Assembly: GCA_010405405.1 (NCBI GenBank)
Contig: MU004232.1
Location: forward strand, 2,127,481 to 2,191,480
Reading direction: 5' to 3'
Source of the DNA: Microthyrium microscopicum
Lineage: Eukaryota
DNA: 64,000 bases
The notes beneath the pieces were generated by a model, which was given only the letters and a program-made list of their open reading frames with translations, did no database searches and had not been told where the DNA came from. A program made the translations under genes and the position numbers. Shown here one piece after another: positions 1 through 12,815 of this stretch (position 1 is its first letter; each line of letters begins with the position of its first letter).

Positions 1-1436
1 GCGTGCGATCGACAGCCGAGCGAATCAAACCACTTGTGGATATTCCTTTGCTCGGATCCTCGAGACACCGAAAAGTGTCATAAACAACATCTAAGCGCGG
101 CGAACAATCATTCAAATGGAGAAGAATTTTACAAGTAGATATTAGGCTAACTTTGAGTGGAATTCGATTAATCAACCAGTCTTAAAACTCCGGGCATTTA
201 CTGATTTAGCGGCGATCTAGTTCTTTGGGTTCCTATTGTCCCTAAAATGAACAAGGTACCAATTTTTAATTGGCTGAATGGATAGTTCCAACTACAGTCA
301 TAATGGACCACAAAATTGGTGGCGCACTCCCATCAAACCTATGCTCCTTTTGCCATCAAAGGTGTTGGAGTTTTTATGACTTCCTAGGTTCAAAACGAAG
401 TCACAGCACCATTCTTCTATTCATGGTAATATTCCGTAATTGTGGTCAACTCGACAAGGCCCAACCGCATGACAAATTAACTGGCGTTCTCCCATCAACT
501 TCGCTGGCTCCCATGAACGCTTCTAATTGAGAGGTGTTATATTTTCCTTTGAATTTAACAGAACTCCCGAGTCCAAACGCCCTATATGGTATATAAAACA
601 CCCGATACCAGAGCGTGTGGGATTTATCGAAGTCGGTGGGGGCATGCCAAATATTTTGTCTATCAGTTAAATGCCATTTGTCTCGCTCACATGCTCGTAT
701 GTTTTTAACTCACTCATTCTTGTCAATATGAACAATAGCTTCCTAGCACTGAGTAGCAAAATACCGTGTTGTACAGGCGAAAGCCCTGAAAAATCAAGTC
801 TATCTGTGAATATGGTAATGGAATGTAAGAGTAGGAGCTTCTACTCAAGTGTTCTACATGATAGTTCTTAAAAGGCGTGATAACCAGCTGCTTATGGTAC
901 TATTTCACACTGCCAACTGGATTAAAAAATTGTGAGCATTAAATTTACAATGCGAGGGATGACACATTTGATTATAGGACAAGTAAAAGCAAAAAAAGAT
1001 GATGGAGCTGGCGAAATTCGAACCCGCAGTACCACTGGCCTGGGAGCAGCAGGGAAAAGGATTCAGCGTCAGCCAATGTCCTGGGCGTGTTACCAATTAC
1101 ACTACAACCCCTTAGATTTTTGACTCAAAATTAGGGAGAAAGGACATATGACAGAGCTCGCAAAAAAATCTGGCCAGAGTGACTATAATCATTTGCTAGA
1201 ATACAAGTATCTACAATCTCATCCAATTTGAACTGTTCACTTTCCCTCGATGACTGTGCTTAACGAACGGAGCAAGACGCGGCGACGGCCACGGGGGAGC
1301 GACTACAAGTTTCTAGTGTTCTTGACTGCGATGATAGTGAAACCAATAAACCGTTTCTCCCTATGCTTTCACTGTATCAATGATGCCACGGGGCAATGTG
1401 ATTTTCGTGAACAGCAGTGAAATTGCTGTAGAGTAG

Positions 1437-1442
1437 TATAAA
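1437..1442 (+). promoter_or_regulatory. Putative TATA box of the secreted Cys-rich gene
   Basis: TATAAA about 140 nt upstream of ATG 1582, followed by a C/A-rich leader. Confidence 0.45.
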
Positions 1443-1581
1443 GGTTCAATTAATCCTCTGCTATTGATCTTCCGGACGTCCAGATCCAACAAACACAATT
1501 TACAAAGTCTTTGACAACTCCATCACCAGAGTTCTTCAACAAGATACAATACCTGTCTACTCTTCTTCCAAACTCACCAAA

Positions 1582-2121
1582 ATGCATCTCGGCAACATCT
1601 TGTCAATTGCTTTCGGACTTGTCGGAGTCTCAGTCGGTATCGTCTTGCCAACTCAGCCCAAGTCGGTCTCGATTGCAGACATTGCCGAAAGCTCCATCAT
1701 TCGTCGGAATACTACTAGCACCGCTGATAGATACGTGGTTCGCTGCAACGAGAACAATCTGAACAACGATGGCATTGTCGGCTGCTTGAGATTGCTCAGC
1801 GACGTTAACACGAGAATGAGGGGACAACAGTGCTTTGCCACTGGAAGCGGAAAACCTGGTAAGAATGGCACTGACTAGACAATGGATCTTTGCTTACATA
1901 TTTTAGGCGCCGGTACTTTCTGTCAAATCGAGGGTGCTTACGTCTCTGGGCGTGGATGGTCTGACAACGGCGGACCTGGAACAACAGTGGCTCTATGTAA
2001 TGATGTCGCAAACGCAATGACTCATATCATTGACAAGTGTGGAAACAAAGGCGGTTCAAATGGTGTCTTCCAAACTGATCACAACGATCTCGTGGTTCAC
2101 ATTTCGGATCACTGGGTTTAG
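1582..2121 (+). CDS. Small secreted cysteine-rich protein (effector candidate), about 163 aa, 2 exons
   Basis: Hydrophobic signal peptide, pro-region ending in RR, 6 Cys; a 48-nt intron 1859-1906 (GTAAGA...CTTAC...TAG) joins ORFs 1582 and 1882 in frame. Confidence 0.8.
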
Positions 2122-2903
2122 AAGAATTACTTCATGACATCCGAGGAACTATATGATCAGGGCGGCGAGGTTCAAGGGGAAAGATACTGAAAAGATGGGC
2201 AGAAACCTTCAGACTCTACACATCTACCAGATGGGTGAAGATATCTAGCAGCAGAGTAGTAATGTTGACTTATAGCTTACACTTACTCAAACGTTCCTTA
2301 CATCGTGCCATTTTGTTGATAGCTTTATGCTCGCTGCTCCTTATGGTTGATTGAAATTGTGCGCAAGTTGTTGTTTCGTGTTAATCAGACACCACGCGAC
2401 GTGAGACGAAAATAGGGAAACCTGAGGAGAAACCAAAGTACAGATCTCACAGGTTGGTAGTTCTATAGAGAAGTGGTCTGCACTAAGTACGAACTCACTC
2501 TGTAACTCCAAGTCGCTAAAAAAAGACAATTACGCCTACAAGATCGAACGGTTTCGGCTAATTCAGGAGTTTTAAAACTTGAATATATATCTATGTTGCT
2601 AGTGAGGATTTAAGACTAGGATTAACACTCAATCTATACAACAAACCCCTGAAGATAATCTAGTTCTTTAAGAAACTAACGCCCTACAGCAAACCTTCCA
2701 GAGTCTGAGCACTGATTTAATTTTCACAATGTCTGTCATTGGCTATTGTCAAATGTCTTTAGTGCCATGGGCAGCAATTTATTCATGTCGTAAGCATTGA
2801 TAGAAAGCGAGACCATTAAAGTATAGACTACATCGTCTACCGTACTGGTGAAGCAATCGTTTCTTCTCACAACTTTGCGCGACGTCGACTCAAATTCAGC
2901 ACA

Positions 2904-4073
2904 ATGAGGTTTGCGCTTGTCTCGCTGTTCTTACAGCTGAACCTGGTGTCGGCGGCCTATTGGAAGTTTAGCACTGACAAGCTGGGACTATTTGTCCAGG
3001 AATATCCTTCAGTCAATGCCAATCCGCCAGATTTTGTACGTCCCTGAAGCGCGACGAGTTAGGCAATTATCCAAACTAACTTGTGCAGGCCGATGACTAT
3101 CTAGGCTTGCTAAAACGATCCTACGAAACTGATCAGATACACGACCCGACATCCTCGACTGCGGAGTGGGATCGATTTGCCTACTACGTCCAGCACCTCA
3201 ACCAGATTAGTGGTTCATCCGAACAATACAAAGTCTTATATCTGGGTCGTCATGGCGAAGGCTATCATAATATCGCGCCAAAGTTGTTTGACCAGGAATG
3301 TTTTAGAGTAAGGATTACATATGGAGTCCACACCCATACATATTAACCATGAACAGTGCTACTGGCAGACACAAGAAGGCAGCGGCAATATCACTTGGGC
3401 AGATGCATCTCTGACCCTGACTGGCGTTCAGCAAGCAGAACGCGCTCGCGACTTCTGGACTACAGCAACGGATATGGACAAAATCCCGGCCCCAGAAAAG
3501 TTCTATTCCAGTTCACTTGCAAGATGTTTGCAAACGTCCAACATCACATTTGCCGGTTTGCCAGCACTAGGGAGCAAAAAGATAATTGTGGATGAAGTGA
3601 GTGTTCTTGACAATCATATAACCTTGGTGCGCCATAACTAACTCGATTACCAGCGAATTCGTGAAATCATGGACGGTTGCAGTTGTAACTGGAGAAGAGC
3701 GAAAAGCGAATTACAACCTCTGTTTCCCCTTCACTCATATCCAGCTGATATGCCAGAACAGGATGCGATGTATAAGCCAGGCATGTCAGAGTCAGAACAA
3801 GCTTTCACAGTTCGAGTGACAGACTTTTTGAACTCTGTTTGGCAAAGTTCGGAGACATATGTGTCAGTCACTGCGCATGCGGGGACAATTCATGCTATTC
3901 TGCGTATCGCTGGTCATCCCAATCCTAACTTCCCGATGGCGACCGGTCAAGTCATCCCGATTTTGGTCAAAGGGAGCAAAGTGGAGGGTGCTCGGCCAGT
4001 TGTGAATGCTGCAGGACCAACACCACTACGTGCTTGCCAACGGTCATGCGGTCCTTCAAAATTACGGCGTTGA
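2904..4073 (+). CDS. Secreted histidine phosphatase / phosphoglycerate mutase-like protein (PMU1 family), 4 exons
   Basis: ATG 2904 MRFALVSLFLQLNLVSA signal peptide; intron 3036-3088 plus two more introns; motifs LGRHGEGYHN, DASLT..G..QA, SSLARC, AHAG. Confidence 0.85.
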
Positions 4074-4974
4074 ATGATCGCGATGTGGTTCTTTCAGGAG
4101 CAATTCGATACATAGGATAGTAACATAGCTCCAAATAATTTAATGACAGGCGTCTTGTTAGCTGCTTGAAAACAAAATGTTGAAATCAGGTCAAGGAAAG
4201 AAGTAATTGCACTGCAACCTTCATAATGACACAGGCTTGACAGGCGGTTCAATCGTGGCGAACTTTAATTTTTTCTAAAAAGAAGACTAAGAAAAGGAAC
4301 ATTTTGCAAAACGTTCTGATTCGCAGCCAGCGAGCTGTTCAAGTGGGTCTAATCTTGTTTAGTTGGTTTCTCCCGAACCAACCATGCGGTCTGGTTCCAT
4401 TCCTCGACTCGAGATGTGTTGATCCCTCGACCAAACCTCCCACCTGATTTGGACTTGGATGCTACACTCCCTGAATCGAGCACTCCAAGTAGTACACCTT
4501 CCCACTATTTCTGGTTGGTCAATTTGGCGGCTCGTCATCAGGGGCGTTAAGGCAGATCTCCCGCCTGGCGAATCCGCGAATGTCATCTTGCAATTACCCC
4601 TGTTGGGATCTACCTCGATTGGGCAGGTTCATAACCTTATATCAATAGACATGAGTAGAGAATCGCGCAACATTATGCCTAGCATCTGGGAACTTGTCTT
4701 GAAACTAAAAAGACAGTCATCATGCACGGGACTCCATTGGACAATCACCCGCCTATTTCGAAATAACGCGTGGCTGAATGTAGGCATTTGGCGTGTCTTA
4801 TCTGGTCATTCAGAGATTTGGGAAGCTCCATTGTGTATCCTAGGTGTGGTAGCATTCCAGGTCTCCGGTCGAATAGGCTCCTCATCGAATTATGATTGTC
4901 AAGTTTAAATACAAGCTTCTCCGGCTTGATTGAACAAAAGAGCTGGTCAGAAGTTGGATTTACAAACATCAAAG

Positions 4975-6635
4975 ATGCTGCTTCAAAACACACTGTACAG
5001 CGTGCTGCTCTCCCTTCTGGTCAGCAATGGAGTGCTTGCTTCCCCTTTTGGCCGTTTTGGCGATATCAACCGGAGACCAAAAGGTGGACCATCAAAAGTG
5101 AAACAATTGCTAGAAAGGGAGCCACAAGCTAAGCAACAGTCGACACAATTCAAATACCTTAGCAATGCAACTTCTGGTATGTTGAGACACATTGATTAAC
5201 CCATTGAGACTAACAACGATCAGCTTTTCAAGTAAAATCTATGCCGGACTTTTCATTTGATATTGGCGAAATGTATTCTGGTCTCATACCAGTTAAATCT
5301 GGTGACACTTCCAAGGAGGTTTTCTTCGTGTTCCAGCCAAATGTCGTGAATCCCAACGACAAGACATTAACGATTTGGCTGAATGGAGGGCCGGGATGTT
5401 CATCACTTGAGGGATTCTTTCAAGAAAATGGAAGATTCGTCTGGCCACCAGGATACGACGCTCCATTTGAGAACCCTTATGCATGGACAAATCTGACCAA
5501 CATGCTCTGGGTTGAGCACCCAATAGGTGTTGGTTTCAACAAAGGTAAATATGCTCTTTCTTTTGCTTGACCTTACACTGACATCTATAGGAACACCTAC
5601 TGCTACTACTGAAGAGCAAGTTTCTTCTGATTTCGTAGGATTTCTCAAGAATTTTGAAACCACTTTTGGAATCGAAAACTACAAGATTTATGTTACTGGT
5701 GAAAGTTATGCTGGAAGATATGTGCCATATGTCTCCGCAGCAGTCCTCAATCAAAAGGACAAGAATTACTTTGATCTTGGAGGTATGGTCAAGACGAGAA
5801 TGTTTTATGCGACCACTGAGCTAATTCTTGTAATATAGGCTCAATGATGTATGATCCTTGTATAGGACAGTATGATACAGTTCAAGAAGACACTGTAGTA
5901 GTTCCTTTCATCAAGGCAAATCAGCAGTTCTTTCCGTTCTCAGCATCGCAAATGTCTTCGTTGGAGAAATCCCACAAGAGTTGCGGCTATGACACATATA
6001 TCGATACCTACCTGCAATTCCCACCACCAAAGAAGCAACCAGCAATTGCAGCTTCAAAAAGTGGTTGCGGACTGTTCAATACAGCTTATAACGAAATCAG
6101 CAACATCAACGAATGCTTCAATGTCTATGATGTTAATCAAACATGTCCAACACCAGTCGATCAGCTAGGTGACAACCCATACTTCAATCGGGCAGATGTC
6201 AAGGCCGCTTTCCATGCTCCGTCAACTACAACATGGACAGAGTGTTCTAACAACAATGTCTTTGTTGGCGGATATGGCCGAGGCCCAGAAGGAGAAGGAG
6301 ATCTTTCCGCTGATTCGATTCAGAAAGTGCTTCCCCAAGTTCTAGAGGCTACTAACCGCGTTATTGTCGGTAACGGAGACTACGATATGATCATCATTAC
6401 GAACGGAACATTGCTGGCTATTCAAAACATGACATGGAATGGAGATCTTGGATTCCAGAGCAAACCTGCAACACCAGTTCTGCTCCCCGATGGATCGTCA
6501 GGTGGAGTTCAGCATCAAGAAAGAGGTCTTCTATGGACAGAAAGCTTCAAAACCGGTCATATGGGTCCAGAATACGCACCATATATTGCATACAAGCAAG
6601 TACAGTGGCTGTTGGGTCAAATTGACACACTTTGA
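4975..6635 (+). CDS. Secreted serine carboxypeptidase (peptidase S10), 4 exons
   Basis: Signal peptide; WLNGGPGCSS, GESYAG (catalytic Ser) and GHM motifs; introns at about 5177-5223, 5545-5590, 5783-5838. Confidence 0.93.
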
Positions 6636-7009
6636 GGTGTGGGTACACATTATGCTGACGTTTGCATGTATGGATTAAAGAAGCGAAACAGTCTACGGCT
6701 AAATAGCCAGATCTAATTATAATATTCTCCTCGACCATTGATTTCGCTTGAAGAGATGTAACCAGCTAACAAGGCTGAAAATGAGCTTGGCAAGGCTGAA
6801 GTGGGTCCCTTACCTAGGCAGCTGCGGGGATCGCTGCTGCCAAACAGCTTGCCTCTTGCTCTCCAAAGTCTAAAGCAGGTCTGTAGCTTCATACTTCTAC
6901 AACTATTCTCAATTCTGCTATCTCCATATACCCCAATTCTGGTCGCGCGTTTTGCATTTCTTTCCTTTGTAGTTGTCCAAGCCACCGCTATTTGAATACT
7001 TCCCTAGCC

Positions 7010-8764
7010 ATGACTACCACGCCTCCCGTCCTTCAAGGACCCACTGCCAAAGAGAAGAAGTACGACCGACAGCTCCGTCTCTGGGCAGCAAGCGGCCAAG
7101 CGGCTCTGGAAGATGCACATCTACTGCTCATAAACTCTGGCCCTGGAGTTATTGGTGTCGAAGCGCTCAAAAATCTGGTTCTGCCAGGTATGGGACATTT
7201 CACTATACTTGATTCAGCTGTTGTGGAAGAGAAAGATCTGGGTGTCAATTTCTTCTTAGACGAGCAAAGTCTGGGAAAGTCTCGCGCCCAAGAAACTTGC
7301 AAGTCTTTGCAAGAGCTTAATCCTGATGTTCAGGTTGATTTCAACTCCCAGGTACTGATTGAGTACCCAACTCAGTGATGTTTGCTAACCAGGTAGACTG
7401 CCAGCAAATTCCTAAGCAAACCTGATGCGCTTCAACCATTCTCCATCATCCTCGTCGCGTCGCCTCTCGAGTCCAAACTCCTCTCCCAGCTATCAGAACA
7501 TTGCGATTCGTCTGGCGTGCCTCTATTCTACATGCATTCAGTTGGATTTTACGTACATTTCTCAATACAGCTTCCACATGCTTTCCCAATCGTCGATACT
7601 CATCCTGACCCTGTTACAACAACCGATCTACGACTCCTTAAACCCTGGCCTTACTTGATCGAATATGCGCAAAACAAAACGAAGGGCTTAGATGCGATGG
7701 ATCATCACGACCACGGACACGTGCCATACCTTCTGCTACTACTACACTACCTGGGCGATTGGCAGAAGAGTCATGATGGTAAATCTCCTGCAAACTATCA
7801 AGAGAAGAATGAGTTCAAGAAGTTGGTGAACAGCGCAATGCGGCGTAACAATCCAGAAGGAGGCGAAGAGAATTATGAGCAAGCTGTAGCGGCGGTGCTC
7901 AAGAATCTGAACGAACCAACCCCAAACTCCTCAGTGAAGGGGGTATTTCAAGCGGAGGAGTGTGCAAATCTCAGCGCTCAGTCCGCCAACTTTTGGGTCA
8001 TCGCACATGCAATCTCAACATTCTACACGAAAAATGGAGTGCTTCCTCTACCCGGTGCTGTACCTGACATGAAAGCCCGATCCTCGGACTACATCGAATT
8101 GCAGAATGTCTACAAATCAAAAGCTCGACAGGATATTGCCGAAGTCTTTAAAGAAGTGCAATCGCTAGAGATCAAGCTTGGCCGCACCAAGCAGATCGAG
8201 AGTAGTGAGGTTGAGGCATTCTGCAAGAACGCAGCGCACATCAAACTTATCAGAGGAAGCCCGTTACACATTTCAGCTGCCAGTACCACACTGGACTGGT
8301 CAGACAAAGCGTCTTCCGCAGCCATGTTGTTAACAGACGAAACCTCTCACTTCCTGCTATATGTGGCATTCTTAGCATATGACAAGCTGTATGACGAGAA
8401 GCAAATCGCACCTGGCATTGAAGCAATCAAAGAAGATGCCACAATTATGACGAAATATGCCAACTCTATCATTGGCGATCTTCTCAGCCAGGCTGGTAAG
8501 AAAAGCAGTGAAGACGTGGAAAAGGCCAAGACTCGGGTTGGAAAGCTATGCGCCGAGCTGTAAGTTGAGATTGCCTCGATTGAATATCAACTAATACATT
8601 GTAGTGCCAGAGCCGGTGGAGGCGAACTACACAACATATCGTCCCTGGGAGGTGGCCTCATTGCCCAGGAGGTTATCAAAGTGGTAACCAAGCAGTATGT
8701 GCCGGTTGACAATATCTGCTTGTTTGATGGTATCAACAGTACCAGTAGCGTGTTGCGCTTGTAG
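7010..8764 (+). CDS. ULA1: NEDD8-activating enzyme E1 regulatory subunit (APP-BP1/NAE1)
   Basis: KYDRQLRLW, EALKNLVLPG, HGHVPY, PDMKA.S.DYI.LQ.VY, GGGELHNISS..GG..AQEVIK; introns 7352-7396 and 8560-8604. Confidence 0.95.
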
Positions 8765-8960
8765 AGCAATAGCACCGCTAAAGACGAAACGACTAACGAG
8801 GAATTGATGGATGAGGGATGTGAAAAAGAGATGAGAAAGCTCTCTGTCATCACACTGATTGTTTGATTTTCAGCGTCATAGATACATGAGTATCCAGGCT
8901 CTATACACCGTAATGCAATGCAGTCATTGTATTATTCAGCACAGTCTCGTATGCTTTTCC

Positions 8961-9743
8961 TCATTGAAACTCCCCGAATTCTCCATCATCAAAACCCAAT
9001 TCTTCCGCCGTCATCTGTCCGGAAGCCTTCGTTTCCGGCGGAGGTGCTAACACCGGCACAGAGCCACTTGCTCCTCTTTTGTGGCCTGAAGGTCCTCCTG
9101 GCGGAGGCGCAATAGCAAACGGATTCCCTCCAGCACTCAGACTATCCTCAGCACCAGCAGCGCTCTTTCTGCCTTTACCGCCAATCTTGATAGTGATCAT
9201 CTCGCCATCCTTCAGACTGAGATCGCGCTTGGCCTCCGTCTCAGCCTTCTTTGCCTCAGCCGCCTTGACGCTGGCAGTCTTGCCTCCAGGAGCTTCAAAG
9301 CCCAAGACTCTCCGCACATCCTGTAGCGCTATGCTAAAGTCAAACGCATCCGGTCGCTGCTCATACCCAAGTCCAAGCGTTGCCTTCATCCCGCCCTCGC
9401 CTACCACGCGAATGGCAAAGAAACGGCTACTATCAGTAGCTTGTTCCACCACACTAGCATGGTTGTACGGCGCAGCAGCAAAGAGCTCGCCCGAGGACGC
9501 ATCTTCCAGCAGTATCGTAGCGCTCACGCTTTCGCCATCGCCCTTTGGTATCGCCGTCTCGACCAGCCGCAGACGGGCGGTGAATATGTGGTCTGCTGGA
9601 TTGGTGGTCCAGTTTGCGGCGGTCAGGTAGCGCGGGGCGGAGGGGGGAGGGATGCGGTAGATGTGGACAGCTGGTGCGAGGTAGAGGACGCGTTGGATTG
9701 CGTCGGCGGGGAGGGCGGCGTTGGTGATGGGATCAACGTTCAT
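8961..9743 (-). CDS. NECAP-like adaptin-ear-binding coat-associated protein (PHear domain)
   Basis: VHIYRIPP...A..W, GELFAAAPY, VEQATDSSRFFAIRV, AFDFSIALQ, DLSLKDGEMITIKIG, C-terminal FGEFQ; ATG at 9743. Confidence 0.9.
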   Translation of the reverse strand: MNVDPITNAALPADAIQRVLYLAPAVHIYRIPPPSAPRYLTAANWTTNPADHIFTARLRLVETAIPKGDGESVSATILLEDASSGELFAAAPYNHASVVEQATDSSRFFAIRVVGEGGMKATLGLGYEQRPDAFDFSIALQDVRRVLGFEAPGGKTASVKAAEAKKAETEAKRDLSLKDGEMITIKIGGKGRKSAAGAEDSLSAGGNPFAIAPPPGGPSGHKRGASGSVPVLAPPPETKASGQMTAEELGFDDGEFGEFQ

Positions 9744-10030
9744 GGCGAAGGGAGAATATTGGGAGACGGCGGGAAGAGTCTGGTATTTAGGGTGGAGATG
9801 GACGGGAGTGGGAGGATTTGGTTGCAAGTCGTGGGGTTTAATGCGGGCTAGACGGCATCAAGCTTTGGGAGTGTTGGAGCTCCAAAGTCAGCTTGTGCCT
9901 GGCGGTACACAGCACCGTGACAGGTACGCAAAGCTTACAGGTAGAGCTTTTGACGGAGCTTCCATTGTCGGTGTTGACCTTTTTTGCCAAACGGTTGCAA
10001 TCAGACTGTTGGTTATTGGTACAAGAAATC

Positions 10031-10219
10031 TTATTCATCGTCGTCCAAAGGATTTCCTAAGTCAAGGTCGTTGGCTGGCGTGTCGGGCTTCTCTTGAACA
10101 GCAGAAAAATGACCGATGGTGAGAAGCATGCCGGTTGAGAATAGACCAAAGATTGCGATTAGGAAGGTCTTGTCCCAGACGCTCGAAGTTGGCCTCGAGC
10201 CTGTTGTCGAGTCGGACAT
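10031..10219 (-). CDS. Putative 62-aa single-pass membrane microprotein
   Basis: True ATG preceded by a pyrimidine-rich leader; one hydrophobic stretch (FLIAIFGLFSTGMLLTIG); acidic tail. Confidence 0.4.
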   Translation of the reverse strand: MSDSTTGSRPTSSVWDKTFLIAIFGLFSTGMLLTIGHFSAVQEKPDTPANDLDLGNPLDDDE

Positions 10220-10767
10220 GATGAGTTAGGTTGGGAGGACTTGGAGAGGAAACAATTGAAGAGAGTGCAGGCTCACGCGACCAATTTTTTTTCCAGGAAT
10301 CCAGATGGAGGCTTGTAGCTGACTCCTGAGCAACCTGTCAAAACCTCCGGCCTCCACCTTTCGAACAATACAACTTGAAAAAAGAAAACATGGTTGGAAT
10401 CAATGTCTTCTCTCTGGCTATCAGACACGGCGAAAAATCCCATAACTTGATGAGGAGATTGAGCAGAGATTATAACTATAAACTTCGAGACAAATTTGAA
10501 ATCCAGAGTCGACCAGTTTTGAATCATGAAATGTTCAATTGTGATAGCCTTTGATTGCGCTGGTTCTATTTACTCTAGCTTCTGGTAGGGTGCTTTCAGA
10601 ACAGTCTGCTTTCGCTCTTCATTCCCATCAATGTTTGAGGCGTAGCAAATTTCTGAACGTACGATTGCTGTAGGGTATGATCCCAAAATGGCGAGAAAGA
10701 CAATAGAAAACGGTCACAAAGTCTGTATTATATATATTCGGTCGGCTGAATTGTGACCGAAACTTAA

Positions 10768-10858
10768 GGCGCTTTGGCTGAGTGGTTATAGCGATAGACT
10801 AGAACTTATTATTCATCTATTTCCTTCGGGAGCGCAGGTTCAAATCCTGCAGGCGTCG
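10768..10858 (+). tRNA. tRNA-Ser(AGA) with a 10-nt intron (10805-10814)
   Basis: Acceptor stem GGCGCTT/AGGCGTC + G73; D arm TGGCTGAGTGGTTATAGC; anticodon stem ATAGA/TCTAT with loop CT-AGA-A; long variable arm TTCC-TTCG-GGAG; T arm GCAGG-TTCAAAT-CCTGC. Confidence 0.95.
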
Positions 10859-10870
10859 GCGCAATGTTTC

Positions 10871-10876
10871 TTTTTT
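10871..10876 (+). terminator. Pol III oligo(T) terminator of tRNA-Ser
   Basis: T6 run 12 nt after the tRNA 3' end. Confidence 0.75.
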
Positions 10877-12815
10877 GATGTCTGATTACGGAACCTCAAA
10901 AGCTTTTTGCCCTCCGCTTCTAAGGTTACTACAGGTAGTCTATTTTTGAGCCCTTTAATGGTTCACAGAAAGGCGAAATGGCCGGGGTTGAGAGGAGAGG
11001 AGAAAGTTAGCTGATGATAAGAGTGAACCATACGAGAATCAAGCTTCTTGGGCGGTGCGCGATTTCAGCAAACTTGGAATCTGGTTTATGTCATACACTG
11101 ATGTACTTCTTCATTTTTTCAAGTACTGGAGGTATTTACATGAGAAGCGGAAACTGTAAAGAAAAAGATTGGGGGGTAATGGAAGCTTAAGATGGTAATC
11201 GGGATATACTCTACATCAACAGATTCGTACTCTGCAGTCTGAATGGAGCTGCTGATGTCAAAAGACAAGTGAGCATGGAAACGATAATCATATACGACAA
11301 GAGTCCGTAACTTCAATCGATAATGGTCCCATGGTGCATTCCATTACTGACTCTCGAAAGTAGTAGTTTTCAAGTTCAGACTGGCAGAGTCACGAATGGC
11401 AGATTTGTATCATATGGGGTCTAAGAGTATTCTGGTCACTGCATGGTAAGATCTAATTTACACCGTTCATACCTTAGGTTGTAAGTCGTTCGGTTTTTCT
11501 GGATACGATTTGCCTGTATAAGATATCCGTGACATATGAGATATTTTGGATCAGTATCTTAGCATACTGTGGGAAGAGTTGGATTTTCTCCTCAAGTCGA
11601 GATGCTACCTAAACATCTCAAATTGTGCCTGCCAGAGAACATCCACTCTCACGCAGTTTTTCAAACCAACATTCATTTCGACAATTCCACGTAATTCCAT
11701 GTTGCCAATTCAGTGGAGAATAGGAAACCAGAAGCACCTGAATACATTCTCTTCTCCTACTAGTACAGAGATACTTTTGAATTGATAGCCACATCTGGAA
11801 TATAAACCTGCACAGTGTCTCTTAACAAAGTTTTGATTACAACCAGTTTTACGTTATCGGCAGCACTAAACTCCTGCCCCCAAAAGTCGTTTCCCAAAAC
11901 CGGAATGCAATACTACATAACTCAAACTCCAAATTTATATCCATCGCTAATTTGAGCTCCGTATTGGGCCGGATTTTCGAGTGTACCAGTTGACTACCTT
12001 ACGTACTAGTAGAGCCGTACAACAGTCCAATTGATCATGTTTAGTAGCAGCGACAGATCGCTCGAATTCGGAATTATTGCGAAGATACGCGCGAATATGA
12101 AGCCTACGCATTGGTGCGATTACACGACGATTCCGCAATAGAGTATCCTGTATGCGTTTCTATTTCTTGGCCGCCGATTTGCTTGCCAGGAATATTCTCC
12201 ATTCATTCATCAATTCAATGTGGGGCATTATCTCAGGGTTATTGCGATATATGCTTCATCTGCCAGGTGCCCTACCGCCCCTACCTGAATTACTCTCGAA
12301 ATTACCTGTTACTTGAACAATAGAGTAGTGCTTGTAACAAGTTACCCCAGATATCATCTACTCTGACCTGTCAGGATCGAGGGCCGGCGCCTCTTTTGAA
12401 AGCACGGATCCAAGCCACCACACTACCAACATCTTGTTCTGTATCAACTCAAACGCGACGGGATTTCTTTCCGACTCCATCATCTTTTGGTCTTGGCTAC
12501 TAGACATCTTTGTTAGATTATCTAAGCCACATCTTCCTTTGCAAATTACTTACACTCTATCGTATCAAACCTCATCATGAACAATTGAGCCAGTTAGAAG
12601 TATCAATTGATCAGAGTCATTCCCACGTGATATAGCTTCTATATTGCATCTGAGACTTCTGTTGGCCAACTTCAGCTGCCATTAGTCTGGTCCACTTTCA
12701 ACATTTATGGACTGATTGACCTTGTATTCACCGGTTTTGTCCTGACTTCCAACTTACCAAGTTATACTCCGCTGGCATCCGAGGATCGTTGGCAGCCCGC
12801 AGCTTCCACACCAAC

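Noticed and set aside
4050..4073. SKL near the C-terminus of the phosphatase (PTS1?)
   Set aside because: Followed by RR before the stop, and the protein has a signal peptide
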